Assembly (NCBI GenBank): GCA_973851085.1
Contig: OZ316775.1
Coordinates: 62,001-126,000, forward strand
Length of the DNA: 64,000 nucleotides
Source of the DNA: Ptychomitrium polyphyllum
Lineage: Eukaryota
Direction: 5' to 3'
A program made the position numbers and the translations under genes. How positions within the stretch are numbered: the first letter of the stretch is position 1; each line of letters starts with the position of its first letter. Below the pieces are notes generated by a model, which saw nothing but the letters and a program-made list of their open reading frames with translations, made no database searches and was not told the DNA's origin. Positions 1 through 12,838 of this stretch are shown piece after piece.

Positions 1-3000
1 ACTTGGATGTTAGACAGTGGACACAATGAGAACGGTGGAGTTATTTGAGGATTTCCTTCATGGCGATACTTGATCAGCAATACTTGAATGTTAGATAGTA
101 GACACAATGAAAATACACTACCCATCACATATTTCAATGGTCTGTTGAATTGCTCCGCGCCCAAATTTGCTAAGAATGACCGGTTGTTAGAAGTCCTTTA
201 CAGATGATCAATCTCAATAAAGCAGCTGTTCGTGGTTGTAATGTGAGTGGGTATCTGGATAAGGTAACCACCGACGTGTTAGAGTTCAGATGAGTAGGCT
301 TCTCTGCGATAATATTGTGATTTGAGTAACCTCCAACATTAGTTGATTAATTGCTCTGGAGCTATTTGAGGATTCTCTAGAAATTTCCTCAGTGAGCAGG
401 TCAAGTTGTTGAAACATGAGACTGGAGTTTTGCAAACAATGGGTATAGTCACATGAACTAATTTGCAACACCTGAGTTGGTACCAACTGCAAATTGCAAG
501 TTAATTTTGGAGTAATGCATGTTGTCATGAAACATGACTGAGGTTCATTCAACCTACTATGTGTTCCCCCAAAGATAGATAGGAATTTTTGTAGGTTTTC
601 AGGCAAAACCGAGTGTATCGTAACATTTGCAACTGGTCACCCTTGAATCCAAGGACGTTGAGCTCTTTTATTCCTACTCATGTGATGTAGAACTGCACGA
701 AGTACTGATTATAGCCTGATCATGTTAGCAAAGGGTGAGGTTCCCCCAATGCTAAAGAATGTTATGGTGGGAGGGCTGCAGCGATGGGCTTGTTGAGCTT
801 GATGGACACAACTTGTTATGTAAGAATGTTGTGATTATCTCTAAGCCTGAATGAAGGAAATTTTGCAGGAAATTAAAAGTAGTATTATATATAGACACCA
901 GGTTTTAGGGTCGATGAGACATTTTTGTATGTAAGACATACGAGCCGATCTAGAAGCTCATGTGCACGTAACTAACTCAGTGTTGCTAACAGCTTCATGA
1001 CATGCTGACAGTAGTGAGTGTCAGGAATGAACATGGCAGGTTGAGTTGAATGAAACATTTGAAATCTAGAACTCTTTTTGTTGAATAAGGGAGACCTATC
1101 CTAATTGTTGAGAGTACATTTTATCGGAATTAAAAAAAAAATTCCATGGCCATATATAGATAGAGTTAAAAACTACAATATTTCCAAGCCCTGCTTTCCT
1201 GCCTTAAGTGAATTGCATGGAACTCTATCTGTTTTATTCCGTAATTCCGACTAGTGGCTCTCAATAAGTTACTACTGTAAGCATGATAGTGACTTGCACA
1301 CCGAGCAGTATTTTTTTTGGATGCATACGCACAACAAAATAATGTCATATTTGAATTTGACACTAATTTGTTACAAGAATCTGAAGTTATGTTTTTACAC
1401 TTAGGAGATCATATCACTTCTACTTAATCTTATTTTCATTGATTTTTGATGTTGATAGGTTTTGTTTTAAATAGCGTTTTTAAATGCAATATCTAACTTT
1501 ACAATGTAGGAGTCAATACAAGTATGTGGAAAAAGTTGTGAACATCCAACAATACTATGGAAAAAAAATTGTGTGTATTTGAAATGTATTTTATAGACTT
1601 CAAGTGTGACTATTGAGATGTATTGATTTAGTAATAAATCAATGTCTTATCAACTTTTTTAAAATACCATTAATGAAGTTTGGAAATGTTATGTTCATAG
1701 GTGTTGAATAATATATGAGACTCATGAATCATATTTATATAAATACATAATTTACTAGGAAAATACAAATGTTACATAAATTGAACCTTTATTTTGTGTA
1801 TAAAATCCAGCTTATCTAATTCCTAATTAACATAATAAATTTGAAACTTACAAGATATTAATTTGTATAAAATAATGTATTTTCCAAAATATTTTTGAAA
1901 AAAACTATTATAACTTTTATATGAATATTTTCTATATTTATGTGTATGTGTGATTAGGATATTTGGTTTAAAACATCATTGTATATACATGACCTACAAT
2001 AACTGAAATTGAGTGCAATTTGTTGCATTAGGTACATTTAATATCAAAGAAATTACAAGCCTTCACCCAGGAAACCCATTTCATCTAAGGTTTAGAGTTA
2101 TAATTATCCTTGTCAACCAGAAAGTGGATACCCTAGCTCCAATTCTGAACTGCATCACCAGTTGATCATATTACTCAAGATCCATACAATGAGTCAGCCA
2201 AGGAAATTGACACTTCTTGAACACAATGGAAGTTAGATTCCCCAAGCAAACAGCAATGAGACCTCTGTCTTCATGTCAACAACCATTCAATTCTAAACAA
2301 CAAAATTTTATAGGCTTCAAATAAACTAGGGACAAACCACCATGAGTGATGTGTATGACTATCCAGAAAATGCTGGATTGGTCTTGCTTTCACTAGGTTC
2401 CAAAACTGGAAGAGAGTGTTTAGCTTCTTTCTCCCTGTTCTATGCAAGTTGGTAGGGTCAAATGGCTCCATTCCACCTAAATAGCAAATGAGTGGTTAAC
2501 TTTTGAAAACTGAGCTCATTCACCTTTATAATACTGTCCTTGATGCTGCACATTGCTTTCATTCCATGGAACATAGAAATTGCAGGTGTGATTGCATTAT
2601 AAATACTTCATCACTTGCAATAGTGATCAGTTACACAAGGTGCCATCACTTGATTGATGAAGTTTGACATGACCTTATCTAAGATGTACCAAATGGATTA
2701 ACTTTGCTTGTTCCCAGGCTGTAAATCCAAATAATGAGTGACTAGGTGAATTTGTTGTGCTGTCAGCACACTTGTCATAGCTCCATGGTGGAAACCCATC
2801 ACTGCATGATTATGTAGGGCCTCCCAAGTAGAACCGCAAACACAATGCTAGAACCCTGGTTGTTAGACAACTTACATTTGTCCACTGGCGGGACATTATG
2901 GCACCCATGGAGTAGGTGGCGCCCAAAGCCCTTGCAAGGTGATGAAGGATAAGGGTACATACTAATTCCTGCCCTCCAAGCATTCATTTTATGTTGCTCA

Positions 3001-3020
3001 ATGGTGCTTCCCACAATATA
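1..3020 (-). pseudogene. Possible highly degraded leucine-rich-repeat (LRR-RLK/RLP-like) gene remnant
   Basis: Minus-strand translation of 1-120 gives two LRR-like units (SLCLLSNIQVLLI...SLCPLSNIQV; DNA repeat at 1-30 and 82-110). LGNLTS and ITLNLR*NGFPG-like fragments occur near 2060-2250. Many stops; boundaries uncertain. Confidence 0.3.
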
Positions 3021-3137
3021 AAATCTGTATTGTAACCTTTAAGGAAATTGGTTATTAAAAAAAATTAATTATCTTTTCTCAAGGAAACAATAAAAAGAAT
3101 GAGTAAGATTAATTAGGAGAACAATCAAAAGACATAC

Positions 3138-3552
3138 TATTAGGAACATAAGAAACAAGAAGCAAGCACACTATGTTTTCCAAATTTAACTTCTAAGGAG
3201 CTAATGATTAACAAGAATTGATATAAAGACTAGAACAAGGACATTATACAATAATATCGACAACTTGCATTGGTAAGACTAAAGTAAAGCTTATTTTTCC
3301 TCTTATTTATACTATAACACTTGTGTTTCCTAAGACACTTCTAAAAAAACTTCCTATGAAGCTTAAGAATATTCTAGATGTTTATAGAACCTTCTTCAAA
3401 AGTTTCTCAAAGAGATGGAATCTTCTTAAGAAATTTTTCAAAGATATAGAATGACAATAGAAGGATTGAAAATATTTTAAGAAACTACTACAATGTACCA
3501 AAAGGTTTTAGGAAAATCTAAAGACTATATTGTATGATCTATGTCTGTGACA
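3138..3552 (-). mobile_element. Solo LTR, gypsy family A (short, degraded)
   Basis: Reverse complement of the LTR at 16066-16722 (ends ...GATCTATGTCTGTGACA). Flanks CATAC/CATAT form a 5-bp TSD with one mismatch. Confidence 0.85.
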
Positions 3553-5037
3553 CATATAATATAATATACAAAAGATTAGTAAAAATGGAAGAAATATTTC
3601 ATATTTAAAGAATAACGAAATATTTAAAGTACTAAATATTACATTAAAATCAATAAAAGACATATTATATATATGATGCACTTGAATCATAATAATTTAA
3701 TAATAGCATGATGAGTTCATTAATTAATCAATGAATCTAAAACCTCAATAATTTCTTTTCCATCATATATGTATTATAAACCATGGCTTCAAATTATAAT
3801 TAGTGATAATCTTATATGATATACATGATATACACTAGTTCATTAATTTTGCAAATACTAATAGTAATAAAGAATATGTATGGAATTTCACTTAATGTAC
3901 TGACCACATTATCATGTTTGCTATGTTATACATCCTTCCATCGACAGTGGATTGAATTATTTGTGCAAATCTTTTTTTCTTTTGAAATGTCCTCGTTCCA
4001 TGATGGGATGGAAACATTCGTTTCAAACATAAATAAACTAATTTGTGCACAGTAAAGAACTTCGCCAAATCCTGGAAATTACTTCATGATAAGCTTTCAA
4101 CAAGAACAGTTTCTTATCATTCAAACGACCAATCCTGGAGAGACGTAGCTAACTGACTCTTCTCCACGATGCGAAGCTCTAGATTCTAGGTAAAGTATGT
4201 CATGACACTGTGTGCAGGACAATCTTTTCTCATTTTTGGGACTTGTGTAGTCGATCAGTGGTTCTGTTGATTTTTGTACTTTTAGAGATTTTAAGTTTTA
4301 TTCCACAGTACTGATAATAGTTGCAAGAATTGCACTAGGAGCCGCTTACACCTCCCATCATTCAGATGAGAAGAGATTTCTGTTATAGTTAGAAAATTTA
4401 ACAATACAATTCGTTGAAATTTTCACACCTTGTTTTCTTAGGGTTTTACACCTTGTTTCGTCTCTCCAAAGAGAGGTAATTTAAAAATAATTAAAAATGA
4501 GCTGCGTGCTGACATGGTAGCAATTATTGAAGGAAAGTCTCATTTAAGAGCTATCCACAAAAAAAAGACTTCTTTTATCTTGATTATTTTTGTGTCTTTG
4601 CATCTTTTCCCTTAGACTCTTTTTCTATAAAAATATCCATGTTCTCAGCTCAACTATTTTGCTTCTCTTATCTTCCATGGAAGAAGGTGTATGAATATTC
4701 TATTTGTAATCTTGAAAATTTTTAAGATTAAAGATGTTATTTAATGCTATTCATATTGTCTAGCTTTTCCCTTCAGAACATGCCTACCAAGGTCCTAAAG
4801 AGGGCTAAGCTATGATTATAATCAAATAGTAACACTAAACCTACAACATTTTTTTTTCCACATAAAGAATTTGTTGTATATTATTGCATTGGCACAATTG
4901 CTATTATTTATTATTGTAATTAAAGGCTTTGTGCAAGTGGATAAGGAAATTTAGTTCAAAAAGCACATGATGGATTAGATTTCTAGAGGAATGCAATGGC
5001 TTTTTATTTTTGGAATAAAACAAAATAATAAAAAATT

Positions 5038-5040
<3 letters not shown>

Positions 5041-5092
<52 letters not shown>
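5041..5092. repeat. (TA)26 microsatellite
   Basis: Seen directly. Confidence 0.98.
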
Positions 5093-5096
<4 letters not shown>

Positions 5097-6976
5097 CATA
5101 TGTGGCAATACTTTCAAGATTGAATAATTAATGATTTTGAATAATACATCATCCTTTACAAGGTCTAAAACTTCCAAAATATAACACATGGCACTTCCAA
5201 TTTTCATATATTTTTAATTATAAAATAAAGTTGTTTTTAGTCTCACATTAGCTTCAAATTTATTAAACATGTGACATGAATTTTTCATAACATTTTTCAT
5301 TGGTTAGAATAAATGATATTTGTATTGAAATGCAGAAAGTCAATAATAAAGGAGAATGAATACATGTCATAATAAGGAAATAGATGTAAGAAATAAGATC
5401 CATTAAATGGATTCAAGGATGCCTCAAGCTTTAATTGAATATTAATTTAATAATAGAATTATACCTTGAAGAGATGGATTGTACGTTCCTGTGAGAGAGG
5501 ATTAGAGGAGTCTCCGAAGAGTGATATGTATGTCCTTTTGTAATTTGTATTGCAACGTGGTAAAAAACACATCTTCTTGAGTCTTCAAAATTCAAATGGG
5601 ACAGCAGCCAGCTAATTTTTATACTAGCAAATTGGAATTCCTTACACACAAAACAATGCAAATAAAATTAACTGTGGTTGGGAATCATGCTCTATAAACG
5701 GGTATCCAGTTTTGGTTCCAAGGAAACCTCAGGCTATTCTGAAGCAGATATTTGGGCACGTTGTGATTGATCTTAGTCATTTCCACTGCTTGTTGGTTGA
5801 AACTGGGTAAATTATGACTACCGTCATGAACAAGACTTCCAGGAAAATGTAACGCATACAATCTACATTTCTATAGGATTGATCACCATCTTGATAACTT
5901 GCAAATACAAAACGATATACCTTGCTAATACGAGTGAGCACTAACGTAAGTCAGAATTTAGGCCATGACTGCAGAGCCAGGCATGATGAGTAATTTCTGG
6001 AATTAAGTCTCTCCATATTAAACTCTTTCTGAAGGAATGTTCCATTCAAATAGAGCCTCGTCAAGTACATGTGGCATACTATTGCCTCCCTCTCTACCAT
6101 GGCCTTATTCCCCATGGCCCTATTCCCCTAGATCTAAACAAGCTCCTACATCTCGTCCCTTCCCCTCTCCAGCAGCGCCAGAGCCCACCAAAGCCCAACT
6201 CCACCCCTCTTTCGGTTGGCGCAGCTGGGTACGTGCGGTGGGAATATCAGCGATGGCGTCATCTGGCCTCAAAATCCTTCTCCGTGTCCTTTCGCTGAAC
6301 CTGTGACCAGTGACAATGAAGCCCAAATGAGTAAGATTTAATGGGAAAGCTGCTCTATGGTGAATTCTCTACAGATCCATTAGAAAGAGTACTTTTGTCC
6401 CTAGGGTAAGACCACTATGAATGTTGTTAGTTGGGTGTCTATCTTACCCGGAGCTGCTACATTGAACAATTTGCTAATATATAATGGCATCGTCTAGTTT
6501 TGTGATCTGCATATTCCGGTCTGCATGATTCACTTCCGTGGTTTCTGAGTCTTGTCAGGTCGCTGCCAGCCAGCTCCTTGCTCCCTTGCCGTCTCTTCAG
6601 CTCGAAGCCTGATGGTATTTGTGCCGTATTTCTGGAGCAGTGCACTTATGCTTGCAAGTCGTCCAAAGTTCGTTGAGTTTCTAAAGTTCTACATCTCTTA
6701 AAACTCAATAGACTGCGATTTCTAGGTCAAGTAGTGCCAAATTAGAATTAGCTGCAGAACGTTAAACCTCCTTCGTGTTTCTGATCTTTACCCTCCCCTG
6801 TCCTTTAGTTCTCCTCTAAACGTTTCAGCTTCATAGCGAGCATACAATGTGCTGTTCAAGCTCGCTTCAAAGGCGTCAGTGAATCCAGAGAGTGGCACTG
6901 CATGACGACCCAAAATTTTCCATCAGTATCTAGTTCGTGGAGGGCTAGGCCGTGTGAAAGGCAACCTTGATTACTT

Positions 6977-7471
6977 ATGGTCTGGTTCTCACCTCTGCGT
7001 AAAATTTTCTCCACGTCGTTTCACCTTCTTCGGAGCTGCCTCCAACCCACAATGATCTCCGGTAGAAAATTTGGACGTTTGGTGAAGAAATACATACAAG
7101 TGGAGCCGATTCCTAAGCGCCGGTGGTCTGGAAGGTTGTCTGTATCCTCACGCTCATCCAGCCGTGGATCCAGCCGATCCAGCGGCTCCGATAATGGCTA
7201 CTGGGATATTGATGATGAACCGGTAGGTGTTCCTGAAGGCTGCTTGGCAGTCTATGTTGGCTCTGAGATGCGAAGGTTTGTCATCCAGTCCAGCTTTCTG
7301 TACCACCAGGTCTTCCGTGAGTTGCTGAGGAGAAGTGAGGAGGAATATGGGTTTGAAATTGAAGGTGGTTTACGAATTCCCTGTGAGGCTGGGGTGTTTG
7401 AGAAGCTGCTATGGCAGCTAGAGACTGGGAGAAGTACCCAGGAGAGTTTCTATACGGTTCCGAACCTTTGA
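6977..7471 (+). CDS. SAUR: SAUR (small auxin-up RNA / auxin-inducible) family protein, intronless; start may be the second ATG at 7052
   Basis: Canonical SAUR core VPEGCLAVYVGSEMRRFVI...HQVFRELLRRSEEEYGF...GGLRIPCE...FEKLL, after a basic Ser/Arg-rich N-terminus. Confidence 0.95.
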   Translation: MVWFSPLRKIFSTSFHLLRSCLQPTMISGRKFGRLVKKYIQVEPIPKRRWSGRLSVSSRSSSRGSSRSSGSDNGYWDIDDEPVGVPEGCLAVYVGSEMRRFVIQSSFLYHQVFRELLRRSEEEYGFEIEGGLRIPCEAGVFEKLLWQLETGRSTQESFYTVPNL

Positions 7472-10363
7472 TGGAGCTACAGCTGACCGTGCGTCGAATG
7501 TACAGGTTAATGTGTCTAATGTCCGCGAAGTATCCACTAAGTACTTTGCTTAACTCCAAGGTGGGTAGAGGGAGGAGAAGGAAGTTAGAACAGATGATAA
7601 TTGCAATACTGGTGTTTCTTAACGATGCGACGGGCTACAGGAGATTGTGTGATGATGCACCAAGTAGTTCTCTTACAAGTAGTTCTCAGGAATAGAAGGT
7701 CAGTGGACTTTACGTGTTAACGATGTTGACAAGGTTGTTCATTAACAGCTTCGACAGAAGTGACACATGGCCCTCAAGTCGGTCACTGTGCAGGACGAAG
7801 GTAAGAATCTAGACAACGTCAGATTGTGCGTGCACAGGTTCATGTGCGACCTCTCCATCCCAGCGAGGCAGATAAAGAAGAAGATCTTCATGTCATATAC
7901 AAGAACAATCTGCTTCAGTCCCCGATAGAATACCCACTTCTTTGCTGCCGTAGATAGTGTTCCGATGTCAGATTTTCTGTTGCAAGAAACTGTAGAACTA
8001 TTATGGACCGTCAAAAATGTGATCGAGCATGGCTCACAAGCCGGCGGGTACGACCTGATCAGTCGGGTTAAGTAAAACGAGCTTCTGTACAGTACATATT
8101 GTAACATGTATGTCCACTCTGAAAGATTCTGTACACATGCGATTATTTTTTGCGGCACATCTTTGCTCATTTACATCTTCATAATCATTCCATAAGCACA
8201 CCGCAGAAATTCAAGCAGCATTCATTCTAAACATCTGTTGTCTGCATTCCATTGGCCAAATAAATATGTCAGTTAAGGCTACAAAATATCAAGTGCACAA
8301 AATCGTACACTGGTGTCAAGTTACAATCGGTCTCTTATCCCCATCGTGCAGGCCTGGAGGGAGGAATGTGGATGATAGAGCATATACTTAACTTGACTCG
8401 CATCATTAGAGTAAATTCGTTTCAATCAGAGGAAATTAAATTAGGGAATCAAGAACCCCTAAGCACCGTGGTTGAGAATCTGAAAACATATGTAATCAAG
8501 GGGAAGAAGTTGGATATATACGCATTGTACACCAATGTTACAATTATTTCCCCTAATATAGAGATGCTATGAAATCAATAGTGCTCTTTCAGGGAGGCAG
8601 TCCTGCATCGATTACACACAATGGTCACTAATATCTTGCTTTTGGCCACACCTTGACCAGCTATATAATGATGTACACTTATGTTTTCATTTGCATCTAC
8701 TAAAGATTAATCACTACCCCTAAATCTTCAATGAGCAATTGACACTCAATATAAGAAGCTTACAAGGTATATTGGAATAAGGGTGAGTGGGTGCTAATCA
8801 TCTAAGGCCAAATCTGTGTGCGGTCTATCGACATAGGTGAGACACCCGAAACTTAAGCTGATCGTCGCAGACACCAAGCAGCAATTTCATCAACTGATTA
8901 CTGGGAGTTAACTTACTTGAAAGAAGGAAAATTGACTGTATAATTATTAGAGCTCATAGAGACATTGGCTTGCAGATTACCTCAAGGTAGAAAAACACGT
9001 CTCTTCAGGAAGTAGAAACTATATTATGAGGACCTCGTCGGCCTGGTCTTCCCTCATCCATCTCATTGTTCGCCACACTTATTTCGGAAAACAGAGAAAT
9101 CCACATAAAAGTAGCCATGACGATTCTCAACACCACGTTTGCAATGTGGACAGAAGAAGCTCATGATTCTATCAAACACCAGCGAGAATAACCAGCCCAA
9201 ATAGAAACTAATGCAAGTGATATGGTGCTTCAAATCACACTATTTCATCTTTTACCAATCTCAGGTGCAGCACATCAAGCAAATTGCTTTGGCTTTTCAC
9301 AACATACAACAGCTCTTCATAATCTATTCTTGTCAATAACCCTGACCAAGACGAAAACTGGCTAATGCTTAATATAAGGGATCGCGATGTTGTCGAGCTC
9401 CTAGTGCTGCTGCTCTTCTTCATGTGCCCCAATAACTGCAGTCTACCTAAACCCGAATCGTGTAAGCTCACCCGAACTGCAAGGCCGCCGTCTAACGGGC
9501 CCTGCAGCCGACTCTCCAGATGCAAACACAGCGATGGCCATGGAAGCAAAAAAGCTCCCTGGTGGGTTGGGCATGGTGGGGGATACATGCAGCACATGCT
9601 TTAGTGACTGTGCTCGCTGTTTCTGTAATGCATGTGAAAATTATATCCCGGCGTATAGTCTCATCCAAATACGAAATTCATACTTGAGATGAAAATTGGC
9701 GACAGTGGAAAGGTTCTCATAGACAAAGCATCTTTTTTATCACATTGAAGCTTTATGCCTACACGAAGTAGGGAGGGTAGAGGTACTTTCTTCTCATGGG
9801 AATAGAACCTTTGTTTTATATATTTCAACATATTATATACACAAGAAGTATAAATAAAAGTACATATTTATAATTAGTCTGCAATATCTGATAGACATAA
9901 TTTGTTATAGGAGCCTACTTTATTCTCACTAGTACATTATTTTTGACTTTGTGCCTACAAGTCTCAACTTATACATGGAATTAGAATGCAATAATATATG
10001 TTTTAGTGAGTATTGCAGGTCTTCTGACTACTATAATGTTAAAAGGACACTTAAAACCAAAAATAATCTCACAAAACGTCAATCTATTATGATTGGTCAT
10101 AATCTAATGTCAACTTCAAATAAATATATATAAAAGTCAATGCATATAATGTAAGCATACTCAACAAATTTAAACCAAAATTTGGTAGAAAATATAACTT
10201 AGCATTAACCTCATTTATTGCAAATTTTGAATTGGAAAGCCTTTAACAAACAAAAAAATCCTTAGTATATAAAAATTGCTTATATTTTTATACTTTTTAT
10301 TAGATGTTTTGTTGTTTCTATAATTTAATAATTTTACAAGTCCATGAAGCAACATTGAAGAGA

Positions 10364-11527
10364 TGTTGCGCACCTCTCCTTGAAGAGTACCCGCAACACT
10401 AAGGGCACAAGAGGGACCCTGGAATGACGTCTGGGACTTGTGGCGCCAATAGTGAAGTAGCCTAAGTAGGCCTAACGTAGGAAAGACCTCGAGGGTGAGA
10501 AACATCCTTGCCCATGTAAACCAAGGGCTACAAAAGATAAATTGTAGGCATTTGAGTACTCACAACGAGTTGATTCTGGAATGCTAAAGATTGCTCAAAT
10601 CGGAGAAAGGAGCTAAAAGATGTGGCATCCCAAAGTTGGGGTTGCCAAAGGGCTGTTATGGACTGTGGCAGTCCTAGATAGTGACTGTACTGGATTAGCA
10701 CAATACAGGGAGGGACTCCTCGGGAACTCTGAACCTTGGGCGAAGCATATCTTCAAGCATACTAAGTCAAAACGGACGTTTGAGGAGTCTATCGGCATCT
10801 ACGCAAAGAGTACATGACGATAGAGTGGTCGCTCAATAGATTTGGACACCAAGCATGGAAGTTACGGCTCTCTGAAGGTCCGCAAGAAGTCTTGGAGGCT
10901 TCCAGCGGCTAAGTCCCAAGCGAGATCGGGTGGTTTTCCAAAAGTTTGGGTGTGTCGGGATTCACTCGCTACAGAGGGCCAGAGGGCCTACCGAATCTCA
11001 CAGAGAGTACTATAGGGAAAGGCTGGTCCCTCTCCCCATTCCCCTAGTGTTCTGATAGGAACTAAGGATGAGTCCAGCTTGGTGGAGCTAGTGTTGGAGC
11101 TTCACCACGGGGACTCCTATACTATTGTGAGCCGGTGGATGACCGATTTCACAAAGGGAATTAGTGAGATAACAACGGCACGTTTGTTACCACTAATTTG
11201 GAGTGGTATCTTCACGCCGGCACCATGATGGCCCGTATTGATTTTAGGATCACATGGTGATCATGAGTGATGGTGAGGAGACACTACTAAATGCGGTTAG
11301 GCGGTGTGGAATGGAAGTAACACCAAATGAGGCCTTAGACATGAATAGAAGGTCGCACCTAACCATTGGCTACCAATCAATTGGATTTCCTAAGAGAAAT
11401 AGTAGGGGGAATTGGAAACCAACTTTGGAACTTGGAAAGTGAAAATGGAGGTTAACCATGTGCATGTGAGGGTGTACAGGGTTGATGTGCGTGACGTTTA
11501 TTAAGGTGCATTACAAAGGTTGTGATA
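10364..11527 (+). mobile_element. ~1.16-kb solo-LTR-like element, family B (copy 1)
   Basis: TGTTGCGCACC...GGTTGTGATA termini (consensus TGTCGC...GCGACA); TSD AGAGA/AAAGA; colinear with the copies at 11873 and 17347. Confidence 0.85.
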
Positions 11528-12224
11528 AAAGAGCTTGTTATTTGACAACTACACAAAAAATTATTGTAATTGAATTGAACAAAGTAAGAATGTTATATTT
11601 TTGGATTGCAAAAGGTTTAAAGTATATTGTAATTAACAATTCAATATGCCTTTGGAAGAAAACAAATTAATTTTAGAAGTTTGACAATATCAAACGGGAA
11701 GGATGTAGAATTTGATTTTTTTACTCATTATAGATGCATGCTCCTTTCATTTTAGGACAATTGATTGTAAAAGTTATTATTTGCACATTAAAAAAGGAGA
11801 TTAGAGATATTAAATTAGCAATTGTATTGCAGCATAAAAGTAGTATTTTATTTGAAAGTAAATAACGGATTGTGTCACGCACCTCTTTTTGAAGAATGCC
11901 TGCAACACTAAGGGCACAAGGGGGACCTTGAAGTGACGTCTAGGACTTATAGCACTAGTACTGAGGAGATCCGAATGGGCCTAATGTGGAAAAGATTTTG
12001 AGGGGAAGAAACATCCTTGCCCATGTAGACTAAGGGCCATGAGCAAGAAATTGTAAGCATTAGAGGACTCACAACAAGTTGATTCTAGAATGCTAAAGAT
12101 TGCTGAAATCAGACAAAGGAGCTAAAAGAAATGATAACTCAAAGTTGAGGTTGCCAAGGGCTGTTCTGGACTGTGGCAACCTTAGACTGTGACTGTGCTA
12201 GACTAAGATAGTGTAGGGAGGGAC

Positions 12225-12838
12225 TGTTAGGAACACAAGAAACAAGAAGCAGAAATGAAGTGTTTCCGAAGAATTAGCTTTTAAAGAACTAATGATTAAC
12301 AAGAATTTGATACAAAGACTAAAACAAGGCAGAATTCAAGATGATCCACAATTTGTGTTGGCAAGACTAAGGAATACCTTGTTTTGCCTCCTATTTATAC
12401 TATGACGTGTGTATCTCCTAGGATATTTCTAAAAAAGCTTCATACAAGGCTTAAGAATGTTTAGAAAGTCTAAGGAACCTTCCCAAGAAGTTTTTTAAGA
12501 TGTTGGAACCTCCCTAAGGAGCTTCCAAGGAATTGGAACCTTCCTTGGAAATTTTCTAAGGTAGCGAAACCTTCTTAGGAAGTTTCCTAAAGAGGTAGAA
12601 CCTTCCTAGGAAGTTTTATGAGGTGGTAGAACTTTCCTAGGAAGTTTCTTAAGAAGTTACCTAAGATGATAGAACCTTTCTAAGAAGTTTCCTAAGGTGA
12701 AGGAACTTTCTTAGGAAGCTTTCTAAGAATATGGAAAGGCTATGGAGACATTTAATAGTATTCTAATAACTTATTATAGCATATTAGAAGGTTCTAGAAT
12801 GTTGTAAGAACTATGTTGCATGATCTATGTCCGTCACA
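12225..12838 (-). mobile_element. Solo LTR, family A, inserted in B copy 2
   Basis: TGTTAGGAACAC...TATGTCCGTCACA is the reverse complement of the family A LTR. B sequence continues on both sides; TSD degraded (GGGAC/AGAAT). Confidence 0.88.

Noticed and set aside
6433..6457. GTGTCTATCTTACCCGGAGCTG resembles a miR390 / TAS3 target site
   Set aside because: Several central mismatches plus an extra base; no second miR390 site or tasiARF-like sequence seen nearby.
9610..9630. GTGCTCGCTGTTTCTGTAA resembles a miR156 complement
   Set aside because: Needs three mismatches and a gap; no hairpin partner found.
11254..11442. Recurrent ~62-76 aa ORF (also at 17370-17600 and 20228-20416)
   Set aside because: Recurs only because it lies within family B repeats; the ends differ between copies and no domain is recognisable.
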